From positions 65,719 through 129,718 of the forward strand of contig CBFFRP010000011.1 in NCBI GenBank assembly GCA_965644295.1: a stretch of DNA of 64,000 nt. The letters are read 5' to 3'. Below are positions 26,920-38,184 of this stretch, in pieces (the first letter of the stretch is position 1; every line of letters starts with the position of its first letter). The notes beneath the pieces were generated by a model. That model searched no databases. It had not been told where the DNA came from and was given only the letters and a program-made list of their open reading frames with translations. This DNA is from Paraphysomonas bandaiensis. Lineage: Eukaryota; Protista; Chrysophyceae. The position numbers were made by a program, and so were the translations under genes.

Positions 26920-29900
26920 ATGTTCCTATACCTCTTCCTCACCACCCTCCTCCTTCCTCCACCATCCCTCAGCACTGAATCATCTCCCGCAGTGTATCAA
27001 TCAGACGAATGGAAGCCTCTAACTACCTCTGCATATACTAACAATAGACGACCACTGGAGCCTGTATCAGATAACTGGAAACACACTACAACTGAGATAT
27101 ATATCTCTATAGTAAGCTTTCAAGACGGGGAGAGATGCGGACACACTCTCAATAATCTCATTTCCAAAGCAAAATATCCGAATAGACTGAAATTTGGTGA
27201 GTTATATACGCATGTATGTGTATGTATATAGGAGCTCATGTAGATGGGTGCTTAACTACACCGTAGAGATATTGTTCAGTGTATAGTTGTTGATTGTGGT
27301 GTATTGTGTTAGGTATCACTCAGCAACTAGAAGTAGAAGATAGGGGAAAAGATGACAACTGCATTCACAAGTACGCTGCGATATCTGGTCGTAAGTTGTC
27401 TGAGCTATCTGAGAGCATGAAAACAGTCAAGTATTCAAAGCGAATGGCTAGAGGAGCAGCTTACGCCAGAGGTATTAAGTTGCCCTGTAATTTTTACTGT
27501 GTATCAGCCATATGTATTTAAGTGAAACATGAGTATTTTATTGATAGTACGTAAGAGATATCATCAATTGAATATGCACCTCTATATATAGGCCACGACG
27601 AAGATATGATGGCAAATGAGGACTTTTGTATGCTGGTGGACGCTCATGTGGATGTGATTGAGGTGAGATGGCGTCATCAGAATGCATATTGCTGATCCAT
27701 AGTCTCACTTTTACTTCTGCATTTCAATACTCAGAATTGGGATGTGGAACTCATGAATATGTGGGGATCTCTTCACAACGAGTATGGTATACTTTCTACT
27801 ACGCCGCCCCCGAAAGATGTTCTGGGAAAGAATATTAATAACCGGTGGGAGGTTCCCCATTTATGTCAATTCTCTTGGGATGAAAAGTGAGTCATTAACT
27901 AACTTGTATATCAATATGAGTTGATGTGGCTTGATTATAAACTGGGAGTAAATTGCCTTATGGAACGCTGTGATATGCTGTACTTATGTGTTATTGAGAG
28001 AAACTAGCTTATGTGTTATTGAGAGAAACTAGCATCTATACTACCTATTTGTGTGAGGAATGGTGTGGCGTGGTATGTACTGATGAGATTTTGTATGTTT
28101 AGTGGGTTGGTCCGGAACGATAATCCTGCAGTAGCAATCAATCTTGGGGAGCCCATATTGTCGCCTTCATGGTCGCAGTCTTTTTCCTTTAGCAAGTGCC
28201 ATGCCATGACTAAGGTTCGTCACGGTGGACCACATACTATATGACTAGATATTAATTATAATTTGGCTGTGATGCTCATACTGAAATACAGACTCCAAGT
28301 GACCCAAACTTGGTACGATTGGACGGAGCAGTTACCGACACACTACAGTTTGCTAGGTGAGTTTGAGGGTCACGTATTTACTTTTCCTTCGTAGTATTGG
28401 GACAGTGATGTACTGTTTGTGAGCAGACACTTTTATATCTTCCTGCTTATGGGGGAAGTAACTAACAACTGTTATAGATTATGGACAAGGGGATACGATG
28501 TGTACTCTCCACACAGACCGGTTGTTGGTCACGACGAACAGGTACGTATCGAGATATCAGTAATCGCGACACTGACATAACTCCTACAGCGCCTGAAAAT
28601 AGCAAATGACTGGAAGACGTATGGAATGGTAGGATATAGTGTATGTGCCTAATAATTTTAATTTGTGTATGTGTCATAGTCCCAGGTTATAAAAGTCCGA
28701 GAACTAAAGAGTTCTGTACAACGTGTAAGGAACATATTAGGTAAGTTTATATATTTATATTTAGCCGATATGAGGGAGTGCGCACTGTTTCTTTATTGTT
28801 ATATATATGGTATTCATAGTCGGTTTGTAGGGATGCAAGGCGGGTCAAACGAGATCTCAGATCTCCTATCGATCGGTCGGTATGGCCTCGGGACGAAGCG
28901 TACACTCGACCAGTTGATCAGCTTCACGGGAATAGACTATAGAAATGGGGAGCTTATCCCAAACAGGTGAGTGTTACAGTGCACAGCGGTTTGTTCAGCA
29001 GCTCGTGTTATATCGTTGGAATATACTGTGTGGTACATGGCAGATGTAGTCTTCAAATCAACTACATTATGAACTAATTATATTACATCAGATGTACGGG
29101 TCTGTCGTGGGTTTCTTTTCAGGCAGATATAGGTAAGCAAGAGTATGGAAATCTGTTGTATCTTATGCATGAGTGGTGTAAATATGTTGAATTAACATCA
29201 CTAGCAGACCCTGACTGCGAATCCGGTGATTTGTGGGGATATGCCCCAGAGCCTGTAGCTGCAGATATACCTCTGGTGTTAGGCTCTTCACCTGTCAAGG
29301 CCAATGGCGACGGTACGCCAATCGCTGCTGTAGCGTCGATATATTCTTCTGTTGTGTTATTCGTTTACCATGATCGTGTTAAACTGTTAATGAAATATGT
29401 GGAATGTGAATTTGTTGGTATAGGTGCTTCAAGTTCTGTTCTATTGAATGGAGCAGTGGAAGTCACTAAACAAGTGGAATTGCCTTGGCCTTTGGGATTT
29501 ATAGATAGTGGTGTAGAACTCGCTTTGGAAGAGCTCTCTGTAGATTACGATGAAGAAGAGGCCCTGGAGGTGAGATATCAATTATGTTGACAATCGCATG
29601 CAGTGTTATGTCATCAGATTTATATGTCGTGAATGATGCGCGACAAACTATAATTGAATTTGATACTTCAATATGTGATTGCGTGAAATGACTGTGAACG
29701 CCAAATCTAATTATGATTATCTATTTCACTTACTATTTACAGATGCTAAAAGTTATTCTCCTTGTGGTACCTGTTGTCGTTGGACTGATTGGAATCTCTT
29801 TGTGGGCAATACTATCTACTGGAGGTAATTATTTAATCTTGTTTGCGTGTATGTTTATTGTGTGTAATATACAATGTCACCTGGCTGTTTGCTATACAAT

Positions 29901-29987
29901 CACAAAACTTGTAGTATTGACTTGACTTTTTGATTGCAGACGATATGCGGCCAATAATAGTCGATAGCAATATCAAGAAGGTTTAGG
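26920..29987 (+). CDS. GT60-family (Skp1/mucin-type alpha-GlcNAc transferase-like) glycosyltransferase with signal peptide and C-terminal TM, more than 10 exons
   Basis: IYISIVSFQDGERC..T..N..SKAKYPNRL.FG, ARGAAYAR, EDFCMLVDAH, NEYGILSTTP, EVPHLC, SFSKCHA, RLWTRGYDVYSP, YGLGTKRTLDQL; last exons encode a TM helix. Confidence 0.8.
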
Positions 29988-30882
29988 CAAGGTGGCTTCT
30001 TCTTTTGACACTAGAGTTAATTGGTCGACTATATTACTGTGTGTTCTGTGCTGTGAAAATAATAACAGAAAGATTTTCGCATGTAGAATTGTCACGACCT
30101 TATGCAGTCAGTCTATTGCAATTTCACTAACATTATTCTTATGTTCATATCTTATCATGAATTCATCTGATACTATTTGCTGTTCGCAACAACTGTATTC
30201 GTATTAATGAAGTAACGGTCATAATTCAACTACCTTAGAATGCAGGAATGCAGCTGCTATTTACTTATACACACTAGCAAAACTCAACATGTAGTGACAA
30301 TTATGCAATTATGTACTACTTACTGGTGTGTAGCATTAGTGAAAGTGTTGTAGCCTAGCAGCAGGTGGATGTCGTAACGGTATAGGTGGAACGTCGTAAC
30401 AGGTTAGACAGGAAATGCAAAATGTTAACTTAGAATTTATCTGTACATGGTGATGTATCACAGGTTACTATTACAAATGTGCCAACTATTGCTTGCAACT
30501 GTGTAATATTACTGTGTGCTTAATAAAAATGAGTGGTTCAAAGTTTGAATACGAAAGTCTCTTATTCTTCCAAATTTTACGAAGTGTCAAAAAGTTGATA
30601 AATATGAATTATATAGGCACCGGGCCATTTACTTTAATACCGAGAGTAACCGACCACATTCATAGCTACATGCAACAGTAAGTTACTACTGTTGCCCAAC
30701 TTACGAAATGTGACAGCTCGATTAACAGCAATAAATAAAATAATGTCGTAGGCAATACGTATTATACCATGATATGAACTGACGACGAGTAATCAATACG
30801 GTGAGAAAACTATACAGAGTGTGTAAGAGCAAGAGCGTCATTTGTATCTATATGATGTTTGACACAAAACAAGACATTTCGA

Positions 30883-31830
30883 TTACGAACTTGATGTGGC
30901 ATCCACTTCCTCTAATGCATGCTGCATGCTTCGAATGTCAAGAGGAAACATATTTTTGCCAACAAGCTCCCATGGTCCAGGTTTGTAAGACACGCGGGCC
31001 ATCTTTACTTGTCGAAATACTGGTCCATCGTCCCCAACAGATTCTTCTGACTCATTACGCCCAACTCGAGGGCGGTGAATTTCGTACACATCTGGCGTTG
31101 ATATCACTGGCACCTGCATAGCAATTTGCTCATGGAATCTGGTGCGTTTTTCTGTCAGAAGCCTCACTATCTGCGCCTGGGCTTCGTCTTTAGAAGGCAT
31201 AGGTTTCGACCACACACAGTCGCATCCAGCCGTTAATAAATTCTCCCTCGCGGTGGAAGCCATACCGGTGCAACCAATTATAACAACATTATCAAATGCC
31301 TTATCTGAGCGAAGCAATTGCACCACTTGGTGACCTAACATCCGTCCGCCAGCACTTTCCATATTTTGATCAATTATAATGACATCCGGACGACGAGGGG
31401 AGGCTTGAACTAACTGCATGGCTCGTTCACCATTCTCAGCACCTTCTACCATCCACATAACCTCATCAATCACACCACCAAGCACACGTTTAGTTAACTT
31501 TCTATGTATAATGGAATCATCTACAATTAAAACAGACAACCCAAAATTGTCTGGTCCTCTTTCTTCAGATGTGGTTTGCCATTTCTCATTACCAAATATA
31601 TTCCCAATAGAACAATCTAGTGGTCCCACATCCCCATAAAATGTTAATCCATCATTAGGAGATTTCTCTGATACAAATACTTCAAATTTCATCTTCCCTG
31701 TAGCGGGAGATATGACTTGTGTTGATGTCATTTCAACTTTATCTTCTGATTCACGTGGTGTGATATCAATATCTGGAACTGGACTCCGCCTCTCTGTTAA
31801 TTGATTGGTTTCACTCATGATAGAGCTCAT
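30883..31830 (-). CDS. Stand-alone response-regulator receiver (REC) domain protein
   Basis: VLIVDDS (acidic pocket), PDVIIIDQNM (phospho-Asp), IIGCTG (Thr), WSKP (Lys-Pro); no kinase domain in the ORF. Confidence 0.85.
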   Translation of the reverse strand: MSSIMSETNQLTERRSPVPDIDITPRESEDKVEMTSTQVISPATGKMKFEVFVSEKSPNDGLTFYGDVGPLDCSIGNIFGNEKWQTTSEERGPDNFGLSVLIVDDSIIHRKLTKRVLGGVIDEVMWMVEGAENGERAMQLVQASPRRPDVIIIDQNMESAGGRMLGHQVVQLLRSDKAFDNVVIIGCTGMASTARENLLTAGCDCVWSKPMPSKDEAQAQIVRLLTEKRTRFHEQIAMQVPVISTPDVYEIHRPRVGRNESEESVGDDGPVFRQVKMARVSYKPGPWELVGKNMFPLDIRSMQHALEEVDATSSS

Positions 31831-32785
31831 TCAATCCTTCAACACCACTTACAAACCCTTTCAATAGTACTACGCTCTAGTCCGCATTTCGTTATCTTCC
31901 CAGTACTTCGTATGATATGATAATCTCGTGCTTATGTATGGAACATCCGCAGTGACGATATGATAGTAGAAATACCTCATACCACGTACTTTATCAGTCA
32001 TTTATGGAAGCACGCCATCGTCACTCATTATGATTCATACAACGTCATCATTGACTTGTAGTTTCTCATAGGTTACTAACGGGGGCATATCAACGGCTTT
32101 TTTCCCTGACAAAAATGTGGTGAAGTCACCAGCACCAGTTTGGAGTGAATCTCTTCCAGTGGGTGGAATTCCACAGCATGCATTTTTTTTGGTGGGCAGG
32201 ATCAAATATACGGGTTACATGAAATTTTCGTAGTTAATATAGTGAAAATACACTTTAGTGAGGATGATATGTACGGGTTACAAAATATATTCACGGTTTC
32301 AATGCAAATTACACGGGTTACATTCAGGAACATCCATAAAGCTCTTGTTGTGTATGGTGAAATACAGAGCCGAATGTAGAGATAAAAGACGGAGACAGTC
32401 CGAGGTTGGACCGAAGGCTGACCGATTTTCTCCACCGACGCCGGCGTAAGGCAGGTAGAAGCCACACAAATGGCAACTTTCGTAGTTGAAATCCATTCAG
32501 AGTTTCGAAATTTAAATAAATTTATATTTTTGGGGGACTTTACTCTAAAAACTGAACTTTTACTTAAAACTGGATATTGATATATAAAACCATACTATTT
32601 ATAAAAAAAACAGGGTTTTGATTGTTTTGTACATGACCACCAGCAGGATATTCATCCTTCTATGTCCAAAACGTGGAAGAATACTGCCTGGATCCTGTTT
32701 GTCCTGAAGATATCCGCATCAGATACAGTCATAATTCACAGTCCACAGCATCACATTCACACTCTACAGTCACATACAATTCAAC

Positions 32786-33304
32786 ATGACATCTGATATC
32801 CTGGATATGGACTGGGATGAATTCCAACTACGAACTATCTTTCCAAACACTAAACCAGGCACTCCTCACGATGGTGTGAACTTGAGTTGCTTCTATTGTG
32901 GTGAGAGTGTCGTACAAGGAGATGACATCCACTGCATTAAAGGCGGGGCTATTTGGACTAAGTTCATACCTGATAGGATTAAGAGAGGCTCGAAGAGAAT
33001 GTACAACAAATACAAGGAGTGCTATATCTATGCTGCCAATTGCAAAGGCTGTTCGAGATCTGTTGGGGCTGTGTACATGGATCCCTATAAGGATGCAGAC
33101 AAGCCTTTTCCCTGTGTGAAAGTAACTTATATGTATGAGGGCAGGAATAGTTCCATCTCTAACAGCACTGCATTGGATATCATGTCTGCGGATGATGTCA
33201 AAAGTGTCGTGGATAATCTAACTGAATCTGAGGACCAGGAGGGGCGGACAGCTACGGGAGTGAAGCTTAACGCCCGTAATTATAGTACAGGCTATTCTAC
33301 TTGA
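32786..33304 (+). CDS. Yippee/Mis18-like zinc-binding protein (two CxxC motifs), single exon
   Basis: LSCFYCGESV...NCKGCSRSVGAVY spacing and the CxxC..VG..Y motif fit the Yippee/Mis18/CULT fold. Confidence 0.55.
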   Translation: MTSDILDMDWDEFQLRTIFPNTKPGTPHDGVNLSCFYCGESVVQGDDIHCIKGGAIWTKFIPDRIKRGSKRMYNKYKECYIYAANCKGCSRSVGAVYMDPYKDADKPFPCVKVTYMYEGRNSSISNSTALDIMSADDVKSVVDNLTESEDQEGRTATGVKLNARNYSTGYST

Positions 33305-34099
33305 ACGTTCTACGTTGTGGTAGCTTGGCTAGAAGTATCATATTTCGTATGTATATGTCAAAGTGGTAAAGTCATCTCATCACTCCAATTTTGCAATGGC
33401 TTTGTCAATGGTATAAATCGCATATTATTCGTAACATGGTATTGAAGTATTGAAAAAGTATGAAAAATTGTGTCGAAACCAAAACTTTATTTAAATAATA
33501 ACAACGTACTGCGCACATCAATTAATGATTGCAGACAGCACATGTTCACAATAATTAGGCAGTCTCTTGCGACCAAGCCCGGTAAAGTTCCCCAACCTAC
33601 CGCGCATATGGGTATTGAACCCCACAAGCATTGGAAACCTATCAATCAACTGGCACTGCCTTCGAAATTTTATGTTTTGTTTATCCTAAGCTGTAATCCC
33701 AGCGCATATCATTCAGTATATTGTTTGATCCATTCATATTGATATCTAGCCACTTCATCTCTAATTGTCATTAAAGTGCTAATACAATTATCCCCGTTTT
33801 GCCTCAAATAAAGTGTACTTTCGACCAGAACTCGAGTTAACAGAACGCTCATGTTAGCACCGGGAAAATATAGACATTCAACTTCAATATTCTTCTGCCT
33901 CAACTATGATAATGTGACGTCAATAGTCATTAGCTATATTACACAATTTTAAGCAACCACAATTATGACTCAACATTCATAAGCTAATCATCAAACACTC
34001 TAAGTCGTCGCCTGATGTAGAATGTCAATCTTCATACTATTTCACTGTAGAGCTCAATGTCATAACGGATGTAGAAGGTGATTTGAAGAAATACCTCAT

Positions 34100-36153
34100 A
34101 TCATACACTCAGCTTATGGCTTATACACATAGCGTTCGAGTAAGTTGCGCTCGAATTGTACATAAAAGTGATGATGATGCCAACAAAAACAAGAAATCTT
34201 GTGCTACTACTATTTTTACATTCATCATCACATTTATGTACGACAGTCACTACCTCGCAATTTTCTATTTCCTCAGCTTCCTTCTGTGGTAGTACATATG
34301 GTGTAGCAATTATAGAAATTCGGGAGTATATCGTTAGCGTATAGTACGTATACGGAATTTGAAATACAGGAGTATATAAATAGTGATATCAGTATGTGCA
34401 AACACCGGGACAGAGATATAAAGAACCTCATGCTTCGTCCTGCGACCCCTTTTCTTAACAAAAGTTGTCAATTAGACGTGTTACTGACTTTAAACATGTA
34501 AAATTCACCGGGTTCTATAAACTACTGCAGATAAAGGGAACATAGCTGCTACCCTAATAACAATTATTGCCAACTATTCACATACCAAGATTGATGTGCA
34601 AGCAAAGCGACATACACAGCAATACCAGCAACAGCACACGCAAGATACAGAAGTACCTCGGGCATCTTGTATTTTGACGGCGTTGCTCTTTCGCGAGCTA
34701 GCTGTCGTATACTAGCCATACTCATCTGCACACAAGCGTATAAGATAAAAGGAAACTGTGAGTATTGTATACTACAAATGTAATGCACTTATATCATAAA
34801 TACATACATATACAATACCACACCTCTCTATATGAATGATGAGATCCGCCGAATACTCCCACGAATTCTACAATGATCACATTTATAATATCTTCAGGTA
34901 GGCCAGTACTATACTGCAACGCATGCATGGGATCCCGGCTCAGCAAAGCCTGCGCTTTCCACGCAAAATGGTGGGTTACAAGACGGCTTGTTTCCCTCAG
35001 ACTCCTGCCTGGATGACAAGAATTTTTCCAACTAATAAAATATCAGACATTGGTTACTCCAGCTCAACACTTTGTACACAACCATCTACAAATCCGAAAA
35101 AACAATATACAAAATTGTGCATCACATTCTTGACTGAATATAAATATACAGAACATTGAAACATAGCAGATGTATACTCACTACTGCATAAGCTCAATGG
35201 ATTTCGATAAACGAATAAACTCTCTCGCTGGGACTGACGATGAGTGCGATCCCTGCCTCAGCACACACGTCTCCACCTCTTTGGCAAGGGCAACCTACAC
35301 CATATTCATATCAACAATTAAATTTATAAAACTATTACCAAAGTACAAATTTATACTCTTTGATAAGAGTTCACATATCTACATAACAAACAGGAGAAAT
35401 CCTAATACATCAATTGGTTGTAACATACGCACGATGGGATACAAGACAAGTAGTCCATCATACCGCTGTGCGACCATCGCTTCCAACTGTATCCACATTA
35501 CATCCGTATACTAATAAAAGATATACGACTTCCCATATACCCCTAGATGCCACGAGATGCAAGGGAGTATGTCCATAATAGTTAACCTGATTCGGGTCAG
35601 CTCCAGCATCTAAAAATATCCTTGTAACTCTTGGGTCCAACGAATAATGCAATGGAGTAGATTGTGAATTGTTCTGAGACTGTACCGAAAGACCCTGTGC
35701 TATTAGCTCTTTGGCTGCATCAACATGTCCTACACTATGGAGCGCCGTGTTGCCACTCATGGCTCTCTGGTAGAGATTCACTCCATAGGCAATAAGTAAC
35801 TTCACCATATCTGCTGTTGAGCACAAGTGAATTAAACCCCTTCCTTTGCTATCAACTGTATCGGTGTTTCCACTTACACGAAGTAATATGGCAACCTTGA
35901 GAAGATTATTGTTTATCACTGCATGACGTATAGCAATATGAACACTACCATCTTCTATACACTTATCAACCGTACTCTCCATACTGTTATAAATAGATAC
36001 CACTTTAGGTGATAAAGCCGATAAAGATTCATGTTTCTTTTGTAGTAATCGTTCATTATCTGCCCTGTAATCATACAAATCTCTTTCTATGGACAGTAAC
36101 GCTGATATGGACTCGCCCTCCTCTGTGGAGCTAAGATAAGACATGACTAACAC
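34100..36153 (-). CDS. Ankyrin-repeat protein with downstream exons encoding hydrophobic segments; 3' end uncertain
   Basis: GRGLIHL, GNTALH, QSTPLH, GHTPLHLVA ankyrin repeats in 35458-36153; donor GCG|gtatga; later exon MPEVLLYLACAVAGIAVYVALLAH is TM-like. Confidence 0.65.
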
Positions 36154-36696
36154 AGAGTTACCAAGTAGAAAGATATCTGAACGAAATAATAATCACCATC
36201 TTCTATTTATTAATACATCAGAGCAGTATGGTACATCTCTCTATATATGTGAGTGGTATCCTGCTGTGCTTATATCTGCCTGATATGGATGTATGTATGT
36301 ATGTATGTGTAGATGCGATGAGTTCATGTCAAAATATCATTCAGGAATCCCAAAGAAAAAACCAAGAAACATACGGGTAAGATACGGATATCTGGCTACC
36401 CAGTAGCCCGTATATAAAACGTAAGAAGAAAACAAACACCTTCTGTACCCTGTAGCCCGTCTAAATAGTGGGATATTACAATACATGCGTCACAAAACAC
36501 ACTGTAGCCCGTCTCTATTAAATTTTCAGTTCTATTTTTAGAATTCTTGCTAATTTTTTTTGTACGGACATGCCAGATACTTCTATATATGGCAATGTAA
36601 CCGCCAAGCGTTGAAAATGCATGCATGGTTGTTGCATATATTCACAAGTTCCATTGCAACAAGCGAAAGATTCAGTAACATATTCTTATAACAACA

Positions 36697-37434
36697 ATGG
36701 TATCAATTGCTCAGGTGAGTAATTCTGTTATAATGCTTTATTTGTGTAATGTATTGTGCAGCCTTTCCTCGGATACAACGTCAGAGTCACCTCAGCTGCT
36801 GGCGATGACTTCTTCGTAAACTCACCATCTCTGCACGCCACTGATGTTCGAAAGCGTATCGAATGTAAATTTCCTGGTGTGGAAATTACCAAGATGAGCA
36901 ATGGAACAATGGATTTGCTGTCACAGGAATCCGGGGCGATTGATGAGTCCGCCAGTGTTGAGATTGAGTATCTCCTTGCTGGTGGTGGATTTCAGGTCAT
37001 CACAAAGCTTCCTGACGCTATCAATATCCACTTGTTGTGCTACAAGTGTGGATTGAAGGATTTTCCAAACTTCAAGTCCGATTGGCTTTGTGAGGGTGTC
37101 TGTTGTTGCATTTTTAACAACTGTGGACTCAACGAATGCTTGCAATGTCAACTCTGTTGTCTTGACATCGGAAAGTTGACATCCCCATCATTCAAGCTGA
37201 ACACCTCGGTTCCGGTATGTAGAAAACTAGCCTCTGTATATATTGGTTGTGTTTATGATTTCCTAGGACTGCTGCGCTCTCAATGTTCTTTGCGTCAAGT
37301 GCGGTTGCAAGAATCTACCGAATTTCATGTCCGAGGACTTCGTTGTCGAGAAGTGTCTGTGCTTCCACTCCGAATGTGGATTTGGCGACATGTTTAAAGA
37401 CTGCCAATTATGCTGTCTTTCGCTTAAGTGTTAA
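36697..37434 (+). CDS. Ubiquitin-like domain (ending LAGG) fused to two Cys-rich repeats; 3 exons (introns 36715-36761, 37215-37266)
   Basis: Spliced product MVSIAQ|PFLGYNVRV...VEIEYLLAGG-GFQ...LLCYKCGLKDFPNF...CQLCCL...|DCCALNVLCVKCGCKNLPNF...CQLCCLSLKC*. Splicing restores an obvious internal duplication. Confidence 0.75.
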
Positions 37435-37891
37435 ATTATTTTGTCGTGCTTGTACCTCACCTGTCAGTATAACAAGCACTTGGGTCATGCATCAAATGGT
37501 AGTATGGTTCATTTATGAGAAGTCGTTTCATAAAAACGGTTATAATAAGAGTCGAATTTAAAAAGTTTAGAAAATTATACCTTGGTGGTAATTGAAAGAA
37601 AGTAAAAGCTGTAGAATATTATATGTAGATTTGACATGCGGATGGTGAAAAGACTTGAGTACCTGAACGTTGAACTAAGTCAATAATCAGTTATTAGAAT
37701 TGTAACCAACATCTCTCGTCATTCATTAATTTATGTCATCTCTACTACCAATCAATATTGTCAAGATCTTAGTTAATCATGTCGCCTTAATTAATCATTC
37801 TAACAATACTCAATCATTAAAATTATAATTATAATCAATATGAGCAACATGCCTCATCCTTCGTTGATGTTCGCTAAAATTATAACATCTC

Positions 37892-38184
37892 TATTAGAAT
37901 ATGGACTGTATCCTAGTATATTCAATGTGGTACTTGAAGACAATGTACGAGAATACAGTGAAGTATGGTGATGTGTAGATGCTGTTATGATATTGAGAAA
38001 ACTGAAATAGTTTGCTCTTTCAAGATATGTTTAGTAGCGAAAGGTCTACAGAAGTAGTGATTTATGCATGGCACAAAACGAGCTTGTGTTGTTTAACACA
38101 ATTCGTGTAAACGATATTAATAAATCTATCTAGTCTAACAACTTAATCTCTCTTTGATCTAAGTAAAATGAGCATTTCCCAACA
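37892..38184 (+). repeat. 5' LTR (TA...CA)
   Basis: Direct repeat of 43053-43345. Confidence 0.95.

Noticed and set aside
27985-28034. Exact 25-bp tandem duplication TTATGTGTTATTGAGAGAAACTAGC
   Set aside because: Lies in an intron of the GT60 gene; an ordinary slippage duplication.
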